This document shows positions 19,979 to 29,687 of a DNA stretch of 64,000 nucleotides, piece by piece. Every line of letters begins with the position of its first letter. Within the stretch, counting starts at the first letter, position 1. Source of the DNA: a virus. Position numbers and translations under genes: made by a program. The notes beneath the pieces are model-generated. The model saw nothing but the letters and a program-made list of their open reading frames with translations. It made no database searches and was not told the origin of the DNA. The stretch is taken from IMG/VR virus record IMGVR_UViG_3300000956_000001, positions 1-64,000 of that record; one strand, written 5' to 3'.

Positions 19979-20660
19979 CGAGACCAGGCAGTGGATCCAT
20001 ACTACTCACGTCCTCGGGAATGCTGCAGTTGAGGAAATTCTCGTAGTAAAAGGTCAGCTCGCGAAGTGTCGCCATCATGTCGTCGCGCACGCGGTGTTTG
20101 GCGTTGGCCTTCTGGAACTGAGGCATGAGCTGCATCTCTGCGAACAGGCCGGGGTTAGCCTGACGACAGACTTCCTTGATGGCGCTGACGTCAGCGTTGC
20201 GGTAGGTGAAGAATTCGTGCGCAACGCTGAGATCGGCAGCCCAGAAGTCCCTGTCGAATGCGACCGACGATCCGGTCATAGGAAACTTTCCAGCTTCAAG
20301 ACCGCAGATCTCTGTGAGCCATTCCCAGATAGCCAGAGACACGAAGGTGGGACTGTAGTCTCCGTACTGCTTTCCGAGTCGGTGATGAATGAACTCGTAA
20401 CCTTCGGGAAGTGCGCGAACCTCGGCGGCAAGTCCGTTCTCGACATGCATCTTTCGCACGAGATCAGAAGCGGTTGCGAAGGCGTCCTCCCAGCCCTCTG
20501 GGGCAACCAGCCACGAATTGACCGCCAGAGGGCTCAGCCACCGGTCGACGATCGTGACGCCGACTTCCAGAATGGCGTCCGTAGTCCAGTCGAGACCTGT
20601 GGTTTCGGTGTCGACGACAACATATGCCGCCTTGCTCGGGTCAATCAGATGTGTTGTCAC
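19971..20660 (-). CDS. DEDDh 3'-5' exonuclease, oligoribonuclease-like
   Basis: VVVDTETTGLD, GSSVAFDRDF, HRVRDD. Likely GTG start at 20660. Confidence 0.85.
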   Translation of the reverse strand: MTTHLIDPSKAAYVVVDTETTGLDWTTDAILEVGVTIVDRWLSPLAVNSWLVAPEGWEDAFATASDLVRKMHVENGLAAEVRALPEGYEFIHHRLGKQYGDYSPTFVSLAIWEWLTEICGLEAGKFPMTGSSVAFDRDFWAADLSVAHEFFTYRNADVSAIKEVCRQANPGLFAEMQLMPQFQKANAKHRVRDDMMATLRELTFYYENFLNCSIPEDVSSMDPLPGLDV

Positions 20661-20889
20661 GGGGTTTGTTTGGTCCTTCCGCAAGGTATCGGTTGACTTC
20701 TGCCTTGGAGATTCGCCAGCCCTTACCTGGCTTGATTGCAGCGATGCGTCCGTCTCGACACATCCGCTGCACAGTGGCCTGCTGAAGACCGAGGATAAAT
20801 CCAACTTCCACGGGTTCGTAGAGTCTATCCTTGCCCGATAGCAGGTCTTGCGGGTCAGGTCCGGTGCTGGCAGTCACAACTTGCTCCAC
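20641..20889 (-). CDS. Excisionase-like HTH DNA-binding protein
   Basis: LYEPVEVGFILGL...TVQRMCRDGRIAAIKPGKGWRIS. Confidence 0.75.
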   Translation of the reverse strand: MEQVVTASTGPDPQDLLSGKDRLYEPVEVGFILGLQQATVQRMCRDGRIAAIKPGKGWRISKAEVNRYLAEGPNKPRDNTSD

Positions 20890-21043
20890 CCCTGCATGAG
20901 CTGTGGTCGCCCATCTTGCAGGCTTCGCAGATGAACTTCAGAATTCTCTTCATGTCACGGCCTGTCGTAGATGAGGAAGTAGCACGGAGTTGTCACGATA
21001 ATAGCAACAAGAAGAAACCACAGGAACATCCTCAGTGCTCTTA

Positions 21044-22585
21044 TCATGTGACGTACTCCTTTGTACGAAGTGCCTTCAGAATTGCGCGCGTTACCTGGGC
21101 ATCTTCGATAACCCTGTCGAACTCTTTTGACTTTGCCTTATTGATTGCTTCGACGCGTTGCTCTGCGGTGCCGCGTGTGATGAAGTCAGTTACCTGAATC
21201 GGCTGCGTGAGGTCCGCTCCGATACGGTGTAGCCTGTCAACTGCCTGCTGGTTCAAGCCAGGAACAAATAGGCGATCTACACGGAAGGCGTTCCTCGACC
21301 ACGTCATGTTGAGCCCTACGCCAGCAACCTGCGTCATGCAGATAAGAACGCCAGCCTGCGGTAGACTGCCCATCTTCTTGACGATATCTTGTCGCTCGTT
21401 CGGCGGAACATCACCGTGGAGCTGCATATTAGGAATGCCGACCTTTGTGAATCTATCAACAAGACACTGAATCACTGGTCGAAAGCGTGTGAAAATGACA
21501 ACCTTCTCGTCACGCATAACCAGTTCGCTTGCGCGATCCACCACCGCGTCGAGCTTGTAGCTATCGTCGGGGTAGCCGAGGGTCGCTGGCGTAGCGCAGA
21601 TCTGAAGAATCCGCATAAGGCGCAGCATGGGATCTTCGGTGTCGAAGTTCTTTTCGCTTGGATCAACATTGGCGATCTCAAATTCTTCCTCTGCCTGTTC
21701 GTACAATGCAAGCTGCGCTGGGTGCAGATCCACAAGCACCTGAATGTACTGAACTTCGGGGAGGTCGAGAACATCCTTTTTGAGTCTACGAAGCATAACC
21801 TGATTCAGGATGCCGTGGAGCTGCTTTCCGTTCTTGTGGCCCGTGACAGTCCTATTTTTGAAACCACCCATTACACAGTAACGGTTCCTGTATGCGTAAT
21901 AGTTGGGGAAGAACTTCGGCGCGATGCGATTCAGCATCGGCCACAGTTCGGATACGTTGTTGAGCACCGGCGTACCTGTGAGGCAGATAGAACGATCGCC
22001 TTTTAGTGCGAGGCATGCCTTTGTGCGCTTGGCCTCGGGATTCTTGATCGTATGCGCCTCGTCGAAGATGAGCATTCGCGCGTTGAGCACATTCAGTTCG
22101 GCGAGATGGGTTTCAACCTGCTCGTAATTGACAATCAGGATCTTCGGCTTTTTCCACAGTGCGAACTCGACGATCTGAGCGGTGCGTTCGATTGAGGTAA
22201 GAGTACGTGGTCGTCCAGTTCTCGGGCTGTACTCTTGTCCCAGAATCTTGTACGGGATGCGCGTGAACTTTTCGATCTCGTCGGCCCAGTTACCACGAAG
22301 CGAGACAGGACATACCACGATGCACGTGTCACCCTGACCGGTAAACACGTCACCGATGAAGACAGTCAGAGCCTGGAGCGACTTCCCTAGTCCCATGTCA
22401 TCGGCCAGCAGGGAGCTGTTCCAATGCATGAGCTGACGGATGCCCTCGACCTGATGGGGGTAGTAGACTACCTCATCCTTCAGGTAGGGCTCCATCGACT
22501 TCCGGGGGGCTGCCACTGGGTGTCCTCCATGTTCCGATGTGCCAAGTTCCGCAGAAGTTGTCGTAGTAGGCACTCTTGCTTCCAT
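21044..22585 (-). CDS. SNF2-family helicase
   Basis: LLADDMGLGKS, FDEAH, LTGTP, GVGLN, QQAVDRLHRIG. Confidence 0.92.
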   Translation of the reverse strand: MEARVPTTTTSAELGTSEHGGHPVAAPRKSMEPYLKDEVVYYPHQVEGIRQLMHWNSSLLADDMGLGKSLQALTVFIGDVFTGQGDTCIVVCPVSLRGNWADEIEKFTRIPYKILGQEYSPRTGRPRTLTSIERTAQIVEFALWKKPKILIVNYEQVETHLAELNVLNARMLIFDEAHTIKNPEAKRTKACLALKGDRSICLTGTPVLNNVSELWPMLNRIAPKFFPNYYAYRNRYCVMGGFKNRTVTGHKNGKQLHGILNQVMLRRLKKDVLDLPEVQYIQVLVDLHPAQLALYEQAEEEFEIANVDPSEKNFDTEDPMLRLMRILQICATPATLGYPDDSYKLDAVVDRASELVMRDEKVVIFTRFRPVIQCLVDRFTKVGIPNMQLHGDVPPNERQDIVKKMGSLPQAGVLICMTQVAGVGLNMTWSRNAFRVDRLFVPGLNQQAVDRLHRIGADLTQPIQVTDFITRGTAEQRVEAINKAKSKEFDRVIEDAQVTRAILKALRTKEYVT

Positions 22586-22829
22586 TGCGCCTGGCGGCTT
22601 CGAGTCCCTCTTCGAGGGAGAAGTAGTGACGCTTCTCCTTCAGCGGGAACTTCCACTTTACGACGTGCTGGCGAGGCCATTGCTCCTGTGGGATGTCCAG
22701 AGGGTCTATCATCCCAGCGCACTTATAGCTACAGTACAGACCCTTGATGATATACAGACAGAGATAGTTCCGGCACTTAAAGCATCTAATCCTGTTCGGA
22801 TAGCGGTGTGCCGAGCCGGTCTTTTGCAA
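22473..22829 (-). CDS. Hypothetical Cys-containing protein
   Basis: CFKC...YCSYKC; GGAGG RBS. Confidence 0.5.
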   Translation of the reverse strand: MQKTGSAHRYPNRIRCFKCRNYLCLYIIKGLYCSYKCAGMIDPLDIPQEQWPRQHVVKWKFPLKEKRHYFSLEEGLEAARRNGSKSAYYDNFCGTWHIGTWRTPSGSPPEVDGALPEG

Positions 22830-23373
22830 TGCGTGCCTCCTCTCCGTCAGAATGACCCTCGTAGTACTCGTCCAGGTTGGCTTCGAGCTTCTCCAACTCT
22901 ACAGGGGAAAGGGTAGATTCTCCATCCAGTCCCTGCCGGTACCCGAGATCATAGGAGACGTGACGATCACTGAAGATGCCGTCGACGTACGCTGTCTTGG
23001 GATCTTCGGCGAGCAGCGTTTCGTAATCCGGCTGGTCGATCGCAAGACCAGCGCGCATCTTCGAGATGCAATCCCGACACGCCAGGCGTCCACTACGTGA
23101 CCGCAGGACAGCGCTATCCTTTTTCTTCCCATGCACCCACGAAGTAATTTCCTCGTGCGTGTCGGGATCGCTTGGATCGACACGGCGCTGACAAAAGCAG
23201 CACTGGTGCCGTGTCGTAAGATCAGGTTCCTCTTGTGTAACAGCGTTTTCTTCATGTGCCTCGTCTCCGGAGGGAGGATCAAACAAGGCTTCCTGGCAAG
23301 TTTCCAGTACCTGATGGTATCCAGTACCGATGTCAATCGTGGGCGAGTCCGTCGGTCCAGTGGACGGTTCCAT
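22786..23373 (-). CDS. Hypothetical protein (start uncertain)
   Basis: CCFC...CRDC with an acidic C-terminus. Confidence 0.5.
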   Translation of the reverse strand: MEPSTGPTDSPTIDIGTGYHQVLETCQEALFDPPSGDEAHEENAVTQEEPDLTTRHQCCFCQRRVDPSDPDTHEEITSWVHGKKKDSAVLRSRSGRLACRDCISKMRAGLAIDQPDYETLLAEDPKTAYVDGIFSDRHVSYDLGYRQGLDGESTLSPVELEKLEANLDEYYEGHSDGEEARIAKDRLGTPLSEQD

Positions 23374-23518
23374 CAGCGTCTACTCTCATCCCAGGTCCGA
23401 TTACTGCTTCAGTGAATGGATCGCGCACCTGCTGGAGGACAGGCTCGCCGGACGGTGCGTCGGGATCGAAGAACTGACTTACGTCAAAATCCCTTTGTTC
23501 GGGCGTCAGCTCGGCCAC
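23333..23518 (-). CDS. Hypothetical protein
   Basis: 61 aa, 1-nt overlap with the upstream stop. Confidence 0.45.
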   Translation of the reverse strand: MAELTPEQRDFDVSQFFDPDAPSGEPVLQQVRDPFTEAVIGPGMRVDADGTVHWTDGLAHD

Positions 23519-23880
23519 TAGATGCCGTGCATCGAGGTCTCGTGCGCCGTGCTACCACAGGTCAGGCACGCCTTGTGCTTGAGTTGCAGGTAGACCGACA
23601 GCTGGCCCGACAGGTAGTGCGGAAACACTGTGTCAGCTTGCGTTGCAAGATGCTGCATGAGCGTGAACAGCGTGTACGTGTGTTCAGCGTTCATCTCTCT
23701 CATCATGCGGTCGATCGAGGCGCGCAACTCTTGCGCCTGTGCATGCGCGCGATCGTGGGCTTCTTGCTGAGCCTTGATGAATGCAGCTGGTCCCACGATT
23801 ACCATTTCTCCGTCACTGTGCGTCTCGATGTCTTGATCATTCTCTTCGTTTTCATCTGGAACGTCGGCATCTTCGCTCAT
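23518..23880 (-). CDS. Hypothetical protein
   Basis: 120 aa, acidic N-terminus, CLTC near the C-terminus. Confidence 0.55.
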   Translation of the reverse strand: MSEDADVPDENEENDQDIETHSDGEMVIVGPAAFIKAQQEAHDRAHAQAQELRASIDRMMREMNAEHTYTLFTLMQHLATQADTVFPHYLSGQLSVYLQLKHKACLTCGSTAHETSMHGI

Positions 23881-23909
23881 GATTTCCTGTCTTGTATGGT
23901 ATCATAGAG

Positions 23910-23947
23910 GCTGGCCCGGTAGCCACACACTCGACTACCGGGCCAGC
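23910..23947 (-). terminator. Hairpin / terminator after the SSB-like gene
   Basis: 13-bp stem GCTGGCCCGGTAG / CTACCGGGCCAGC. Confidence 0.6.
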
Positions 23948-23965
23948 TTTACCTTGCAGTGCGAA

Positions 23966-25111
23966 CTAGAAGGGCAGTGCCTCGTCGTCTCGGGCACTGC
24001 CAACGACTGGCGTTGAAGGTGCCGAAGTCGTCGGGAACGGCATACCAGCAGGCTCGACCACCAGGCCAGTAACTACTGGCGCCGGAGTCACGACGACGGG
24101 CTGTGCCGCCTGCGCTGCCTGTGCAGCAGCCTGGTCCCGCTGCCACTGCTCGAATGCCGCGCGCTGTGGATCGACGGCGGGCTGGGCGGGCTGGACAGGT
24201 GCTGCCGTCGACGGTTGCACGACGGTCTGCTGTCCAGGAGCCCAGCTGTTGTTGCCGAAGCCAGCATTGACGTTCTGCTGAGCGATGTTCTGACCGGTCA
24301 CGTTCTCCTGCTGCTTGTCGTCGTCGTCGTTGCGCGGCGGACGAGTCACATAGCCTCGAACCTGAAGATAGTTCTGCTGGTACATCGGCCAGAGTCCCTG
24401 GTCGGTGCGCCCTGTTGCCACCATGGTCGGAACGTAGTACTTGTTCTTACCACGCATCTGTGCAGTAAGGCCCCACCTGCCGCGGATGGCAAAGGCGGGA
24501 AGCTCCTGTCGGTGGATGCTTCCGAAGAACGACTTGCTGATGTTGATACTGGAGCGCTGGGCAGTGAACAGCGCGAGCATCGATGGCTCGTTACCCTCGG
24601 ATGCGTAGAGGAGTACGATGGCGTGCTGCTGGCTGCACCAGGTCTTCTTGCCGTCTGGGTGACTTCCCCACGTAGCGAGGCGACAAGTTGAGCAGGGAAG
24701 CGTCGTGCGTCCCGCCTCGTTCTTGGCGAAGTCGTTCGGATTCCAGCCGGTTGCCTGCCAGGGGAAGGCCTCCAGCGGGTCTTTGCTTGTGGTGTTCGGG
24801 TAGCCAGCCGAGTTGTCGACCGAGCGACACATCGGCTTCTTCTTGGTGCTGTCGTCCATGATGGCGGGCCACAGCACCCGCTGCTTCACGAGACCCAGCG
24901 GAATGACCTCGATAACCGGGTAGGCCAGCTCCGGTGCAAGGCTGTCGACGTAGCCACCCATCTCGTGATTGATCGAGAGTCGTGGGAGCTTGAGGTCTTC
25001 GACACCGAAGTCCTCAAGGCCGGTCACAGAGTCGTCATACACTCCGGGACCAACCAGATCGGTACCTGGCTCTGTCACGTTTTGTCCGTTCTGCCGTTTT
25101 GTCTGTTTCAC
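23966..25111 (-). CDS. ssDNA-binding / recombination protein (SSB-like)
   Basis: Q/A/P-rich linker and acidic tip DDEALPF, typical of SSB C-termini. Confidence 0.55.
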   Translation of the reverse strand: MKQTKRQNGQNVTEPGTDLVGPGVYDDSVTGLEDFGVEDLKLPRLSINHEMGGYVDSLAPELAYPVIEVIPLGLVKQRVLWPAIMDDSTKKKPMCRSVDNSAGYPNTTSKDPLEAFPWQATGWNPNDFAKNEAGRTTLPCSTCRLATWGSHPDGKKTWCSQQHAIVLLYASEGNEPSMLALFTAQRSSINISKSFFGSIHRQELPAFAIRGRWGLTAQMRGKNKYYVPTMVATGRTDQGLWPMYQQNYLQVRGYVTRPPRNDDDDKQQENVTGQNIAQQNVNAGFGNNSWAPGQQTVVQPSTAAPVQPAQPAVDPQRAAFEQWQRDQAAAQAAQAAQPVVVTPAPVVTGLVVEPAGMPFPTTSAPSTPVVGSARDDEALPF

Positions 25112-25146
25112 AGGACTTGTGTGGTTCTGGCGTTACTGTACGCGGA

Positions 25147-25605
25147 TTAGTACGGCCATTCCTGAGCGCCGACCTGTGCGACCGTTGAAGCTTCCTTCAC
25201 GGCAGAGAGGTACTTGAAGTACCCACCCAGTTCGTTAAGGCGAGCAACATGCGCGCGGTGGTTGTACTCCACCGACTTCACCTGAGCGTTGATAGCGTCA
25301 CGCCGCGCCATGGCGTCGAGCCGGAGCCGGTTGAGATCCACCAGTTCCTGGCTGTGTGCGTAGGCGAGCTTGATGTGACGCTCGAACTCCGTCGGACGCA
25401 TCTCCGGATTGTTGAGCGACTCGTAGACGAGGATGTCCTGGCGCTTCCGCTCAATGTCGGCATCCAGGTTCCGCGTCTCGGTCTCGAAGTTTGCCTGCGT
25501 ACGGTAGAGATCCGCGAGCTGCGAGGTAAGCTGCTCCGCCTCAATCCAGGTGCGATGGACTCCGAGCTTGTCTTCCGCGTACGAGATTGCCCTGTTGCTT
25601 CCCAT
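25147..25605 (-). CDS. Hypothetical coiled-coil protein, leaderless
   Basis: 152 aa helical protein; ATG lies 6 nt after a -10 box. Confidence 0.6.
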   Translation of the reverse strand: MGSNRAISYAEDKLGVHRTWIEAEQLTSQLADLYRTQANFETETRNLDADIERKRQDILVYESLNNPEMRPTEFERHIKLAYAHSQELVDLNRLRLDAMARRDAINAQVKSVEYNHRAHVARLNELGGYFKYLSAVKEASTVAQVGAQEWPY

Positions 25606-25611
25606 GCGCCT

Positions 25612-25641
25612 ATCCTAGATCGCAGGATACCGGCATGTCAA
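25612..25641 (-). promoter_or_regulatory. SigA-type leaderless promoter
   Basis: TTGACA-N18-TAGGAT-N6-ATG(25605). Confidence 0.75.
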
Positions 25642-25684
25642 CCTATCGCCACGAAAAGCATGTTATCGGCGCGGCTCGGCTACG

Positions 25685-25978
25685 TCAAGCAAAGTGGGTC
25701 ATCGTTTGAATCTTGATACCACGACGCTTACACCAGCGGACGAACTCGCTAACATTGACACGCCAGTCAGGTCTCTCGTCCGCCGGTGCGATGTTGACTG
25801 CGTCCATCTGATGTGACGCCTTGATGCCAGACGATCTGCCTGCGTAGTACAGGTAGGTATTCATGAGGTGCGTTTCACTGATGTTCAGCATCGAAGCAAG
25901 CTGGTCCGTAGTGAACAGGAAGATCACTGGCGGTAGGCCGACGCTTTGGCCGGTCATTCCCGAGTCAGGCCTGCCCAT
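25685..25978 (-). CDS. HTH DNA-binding protein
   Basis: LFTTDQLASMLNISE...WRVNVSEFVRW (excisionase/MerR-like pattern). Confidence 0.55.
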   Translation of the reverse strand: MGRPDSGMTGQSVGLPPVIFLFTTDQLASMLNISETHLMNTYLYYAGRSSGIKASHQMDAVNIAPADERPDWRVNVSEFVRWCKRRGIKIQTMTHFA

Positions 25979-27003
25979 CAGAAGAAGCCCTTCATGCGCT
26001 TATCTGCCTCGCGCTTCGTGCGGTAAGTTGCGACTTCGAGTCCGAGCTTCAGGACGTTGTCATTGAAGCCCATAAATCGCATTGGCTTGGTGCCGATCAT
26101 GGCGAACCCCTTGTCGGCCCAGCGATTGAGGACTGAATAAATCGCGCCTTGACTCGGGGAGTTCTCTGCGTCGATCATGAGCGAGATTGCGTCAGTAGTA
26201 AGCAACTCCCAGGGAAGGAACCCGTCCAACCAGAGCTTACAGACGATCTCAACGTTCGAATCCAGCTCGCCGCGTCGTCGACGCTCGCCCGTCTCTTCGC
26301 GCTGCGACTCGTCGGCCTCCTCGCCAAGAACCCTCACGCGCACGAGGTTTGCCAGCTGGTCAGACACCTTCGGAGATGCAATCAACTGGCGGTACATGTG
26401 GTACGGGTCTGGCGGAATCACCGTGACGTCATTACCGGCGGGCAGGATTGTCACGCGCCCGGTGCCCGATTTAACGGCCTCCACGATGTCCCTAACGGCC
26501 GTATCCGGCATGTCGTTGGGTAGGGTGACCGGCGATGAAGCAACGGCCTCCATGGCCCGTACCGTGGCAGCCAATGCATGACACCAGCAAGTACATGTTG
26601 CTCCACTGAATCGCCAGACGTATTCTCCCTGGCAAGACTGCATGAGTGTACCCAGGTAGCTGAACGTTTTGCTTCCCTCGTGGGCACCGTTGGCACAGTG
26701 TCCAGTCACGTAAGGGAACTTAGTCCCCGGAGGATACTCGTCTACGGGCGCGGTCTTCTTCGACTTCGCGGGCGGCGTTGAATCCACTGCAAATGCCTGT
26801 GATGGGATATTCGACGAGAGGTCCGGTAGCGGGAGAAAGGTCGAAGGTTGTGTCGGCGTGGGCAGAGGAAAGTCGAGTACTACCTCCGTCAGCCTCTCGT
26901 CCGTCGACACCGAGCTGTCCACCGGAAACGGGAACATCGTACTCCCCAGGGATTGACTTGATGAAGAAGATCTCTTCGATGCGAGTGACGTGCATGCCTT
27001 CAT
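25978..27003 (-). CDS. Hypothetical protein, possible C-terminal winged helix (true start probably ~26937)
   Basis: The N-terminal Ser-rich stretch looks like a shadow of the overlapping ORF; SPSQGAIYSVLNRW. Confidence 0.55.
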   Translation of the reverse strand: MKACTSLASKRSSSSSQSLGSTMFPFPVDSSVSTDERLTEVVLDFPLPTPTQPSTFLPLPDLSSNIPSQAFAVDSTPPAKSKKTAPVDEYPPGTKFPYVTGHCANGAHEGSKTFSYLGTLMQSCQGEYVWRFSGATCTCWCHALAATVRAMEAVASSPVTLPNDMPDTAVRDIVEAVKSGTGRVTILPAGNDVTVIPPDPYHMYRQLIASPKVSDQLANLVRVRVLGEEADESQREETGERRRRGELDSNVEIVCKLWLDGFLPWELLTTDAISLMIDAENSPSQGAIYSVLNRWADKGFAMIGTKPMRFMGFNDNVLKLGLEVATYRTKREADKRMKGFF

Positions 27004-27172
27004 GTGTTGCCCACTCGCGAATGTTCTCGTAGTTCAGAGCATCCATTACAATGCTGTGATGAGCGCCCGCTCGGTCCGTGCACGTAGGCGAGAAGGCGCA
27101 CGCACCAGCCTTTTTATCGTCAGGGCTGTGCATGACTGGCGGTAGCAGCTTGAATGTCACGATGAAATGCAT
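26720..27172 (-). CDS. Hypothetical protein
   Basis: TAATG overlap with the recombinase stop. Confidence 0.5.
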   Translation of the reverse strand: MHFIVTFKLLPPVMHSPDDKKAGACAFSPTCTDRAGAHHSIVMDALNYENIREWATHEGMHVTRIEEIFFIKSIPGEYDVPVSGGQLGVDGREADGGSTRLSSAHADTTFDLSPATGPLVEYPITGICSGFNAAREVEEDRARRRVSSGD

Positions 27173-28014
27173 TACTTGTTTCCACTCTCGCGCATCTCAT
27201 CGAACGTCATGCCGATGTAGCGCATTGTCGTGTTGACGTCAGCGTGACCGAGCCATCGCTGAAGAAGTGTGATGTCTCTTGTTTGCTTGTACAGAACCGT
27301 CGCGAATGTCGCGCGCAGGTCATGACTAGCAACTGGACGAGATATGCCAGCCCTGACGCCCAGCTCCGTAATGAATGATCGCGCACCACGGTCACTGTAG
27401 TTAATCAGTCGCTCACGTCCGGAAATCTGAACGGCGATGATCTGCGGTGCCAGGAACGTGAAAGCTCGATTCGTCACCGGGATGACTCGAAGCTTCTGCC
27501 CCTTACCCCACACGCTGATCGATAGTCCCGAAAGATCGATGTGACTATCTTTCAGCTCTAGAGCTTCATGCATGCGAAGTCCCTCGCACCCGAGTAATGC
27601 GACAAGTGCTCGCTTCTCGTCAGTGTCGCATGCAGCGAGCATCTTGTTGAGATCATGTTCGCGATTCGGAAGGGGGTGCGCCTCTGCGGTTGGAACGGCT
27701 GGAAGCTTGTAACGCTTCAGGACGTCGCCCTCAAACCCCAGGTATTCCTTCAATGCCAGGATGCTCGCCTTGCGTCGACGAATCGTCATCGGAGCCAACT
27801 CGATATCCGTCGACAGCTTCAGCCATGTCGCTGCCAGCCTCGGCAGGTCCTCCACCTGAAAGGACTTGACCCCCAATTCCTTGAAGAGCATCTTGATATC
27901 GCTGGAGTACGCCTTCACTGTGTGCACCGACCGGGAGAACTGAACGTCGGACAACCAAAGTCGGAAGCCCTCGATATCCTCGGTCGTCAGAGTCGTCACC
28001 TGTGGCATAGTCAT
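27172..28014 (-). CDS. Tyrosine recombinase (XerC/D-like, 280 aa)
   Basis: Catalytic set GLR, GKG.K.R, HDLR, LGH, RY. SAM-like N-terminal domain (TVKAYSSDIK); no arm-binding extension. Confidence 0.92.
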   Translation of the reverse strand: MTMPQVTTLTTEDIEGFRLWLSDVQFSRSVHTVKAYSSDIKMLFKELGVKSFQVEDLPRLAATWLKLSTDIELAPMTIRRRKASILALKEYLGFEGDVLKRYKLPAVPTAEAHPLPNREHDLNKMLAACDTDEKRALVALLGCEGLRMHEALELKDSHIDLSGLSISVWGKGQKLRVIPVTNRAFTFLAPQIIAVQISGRERLINYSDRGARSFITELGVRAGISRPVASHDLRATFATVLYKQTRDITLLQRWLGHADVNTTMRYIGMTFDEMRESGNK

Positions 28015-28297
28015 TCCGTGCTTTCTCGTCTAGAGCCCTTACGATAGGCTCGGCTAGATCGGTGGCAACAAGCACTGCGAATCTGAATGCAGCAAGCTCT
28101 GGCAAGGTCAGCCGCGATAGGTCGATTACCGTGGTCGAGTTCCCTCGCGTGAGCGCAACGCAGATATGATCGTAATCGTCTTTGTCTATCTTGGGAATAT
28201 TGACAGAGACCTGATGCCAGGGAAGTCTACACCAAACGGCACGAGAGGCCTTGCTGAAAACATTGCCAGGTTTACGCTGTCCATTACTGATCTTCAC
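27731..28297 (-). CDS. Hypothetical protein (C-terminal ~95 codons overlap the recombinase)
   Basis: 188 aa, GTGA overlap upstream. Confidence 0.5.
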   Translation of the reverse strand: MKISNGQRKPGNVFSKASRAVWCRLPWHQVSVNIPKIDKDDYDHICVALTRGNSTTVIDLSRLTLPELAAFRFAVLVATDLAEPIVRALDEKARNDYATGDDSDDRGYRGLPTLVVRRSVLPVGAHSEGVLQRYQDALQGIGGQVLSGGGPAEAGSDMAEAVDGYRVGSDDDSSTQGEHPGIEGIPGV

Positions 28298-28548
28298 TTC
28301 ATGTTCCCTTCGGCGGCGCGAACACGCTCAAGTGCTGGTGACTGCATGCCCGGTGCGCCACTGTATGCAGGACGTATGTAGTCCTCGTCTACCTCGATGC
28401 ACTCGTCGCACAACCATCCGACGGTTCGAGTTCGAAGCGTCTTGGCGCCAGCACCCATGGTTGTGAACGCGATCTTCTTGGCAGTTAGAAGCTCGCGGAG
28501 CGTTTTGCGAAGACAGACGGAACACTTATACTCTGAATAGCCAGGCAT
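28294..28548 (-). CDS. Zn-ribbon protein
   Basis: CSVC...CDEC. Confidence 0.55.
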   Translation of the reverse strand: MPGYSEYKCSVCLRKTLRELLTAKKIAFTTMGAGAKTLRTRTVGWLCDECIEVDEDYIRPAYSGAPGMQSPALERVRAAEGNMK

Positions 28549-28562
28549 GACTTCCCTAGGGA

Positions 28563-29687
28563 TTAATCGATGTCAATCAGGGCGAGTGCCAATTCGCTAG
28601 CCCTGTAACAGGGGACGCACTGATTATAGTACATGGTGGTCATCACCTGCGCGAAGACTTCATTCAACGGATCGGGCTGGTTTCGATTCAGGAAGTTCCT
28701 GAGCATCTTTGTTGTTCCGTAGTTGTGAATCGGTGCCGTGCAGCCGTGATTTCCGCCAGCAGTCAGATCTAGGAACGCGCTCACGACATCGATCTGCTGT
28801 TTTGCAGCTGGCTCTGTGAGCATGTCGTTCTCGATCATATCAAAGACCCAACCGAGAGGGTCTACACCGTACTCTATTACTTCCTGCTTCGTGAAGTACT
28901 GTGTCACAGGATCCGGACGGAACGTCTGAAGGCAGACAGTCAGCTCTCGATAGTCGTTCCCCTCCCAGTCGGACACTGTACCGATAGTACAGGCGACACG
29001 GTGGAGGATATTACCAAAGAAGGGTAGAGCGACCTTCATCCAGCCAAGACCAGCATTGTGCTGGATGGTGTTCCAGAGCATCTCTACACCGCCGCGCGTA
29101 CGAATGAAAGATCTCACTGTTTGGCAAAAGTAAGCATCATTGCACGAGCACTTAAATGCAACCTCTGGAAGTTCAACGTTTGCGGGGGTGGGTAGGACTT
29201 GGGGCGAGACTATGTGTTTGCCAGGCAATGCAGGTGACCGTGCGCTGGGTGGCGGCATGATTGGTTTGTCCTTTGGCAACTGAGTTTCTATGTAAGGCTT
29301 GAAGCGCAGTGCCGAGACTGCACGTGTGACCTTGCCAGTACGTTCGAGTTGTTTGAATTCCTTGTCAAGCCTGTCATACATTGCTGACCTGTACTCGTCT
29401 ACCAACCGAGAATCAGCTCCATACGGGACCACGTGACTTGAACGTAGAACCTCCCAGACGGCTCTGTACTCTGCCAGCTCGCGATGACCGAGGAGCCAGT
29501 ACCTGACTGCAGGCTCGCCAGGGAAAGCATCCGTTTCGATGTAAGCCTCAAAGCGCTGTCCTACCTCATTAACCCAGTATCGATTAATGTCGCGAGGGCC
29601 GATGACTGTCGATTTGGTAGTGCTGAACGATACTGCGAGAACTTCCTTTAGATCCTCCTCGGTGTGGTACTTGCGTTTAATTGCCAT
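28563..29687 (-). CDS. Hypothetical protein
   Basis: 374 aa, contains FKCSC...FC. Confidence 0.6.
   Translation of the reverse strand: MAIKRKYHTEEDLKEVLAVSFSTTKSTVIGPRDINRYWVNEVGQRFEAYIETDAFPGEPAVRYWLLGHRELAEYRAVWEVLRSSHVVPYGADSRLVDEYRSAMYDRLDKEFKQLERTGKVTRAVSALRFKPYIETQLPKDKPIMPPPSARSPALPGKHIVSPQVLPTPANVELPEVAFKCSCNDAYFCQTVRSFIRTRGGVEMLWNTIQHNAGLGWMKVALPFFGNILHRVACTIGTVSDWEGNDYRELTVCLQTFRPDPVTQYFTKQEVIEYGVDPLGWVFDMIENDMLTEPAAKQQIDVVSAFLDLTAGGNHGCTAPIHNYGTTKMLRNFLNRNQPDPLNEVFAQVMTTMYYNQCVPCYRASELALALIDID

Noticed and set aside
27172-28014. Prophage boundary / attachment site
   Set aside because: There are no host genes or att-like junction in the window, so lifestyle cannot be determined.
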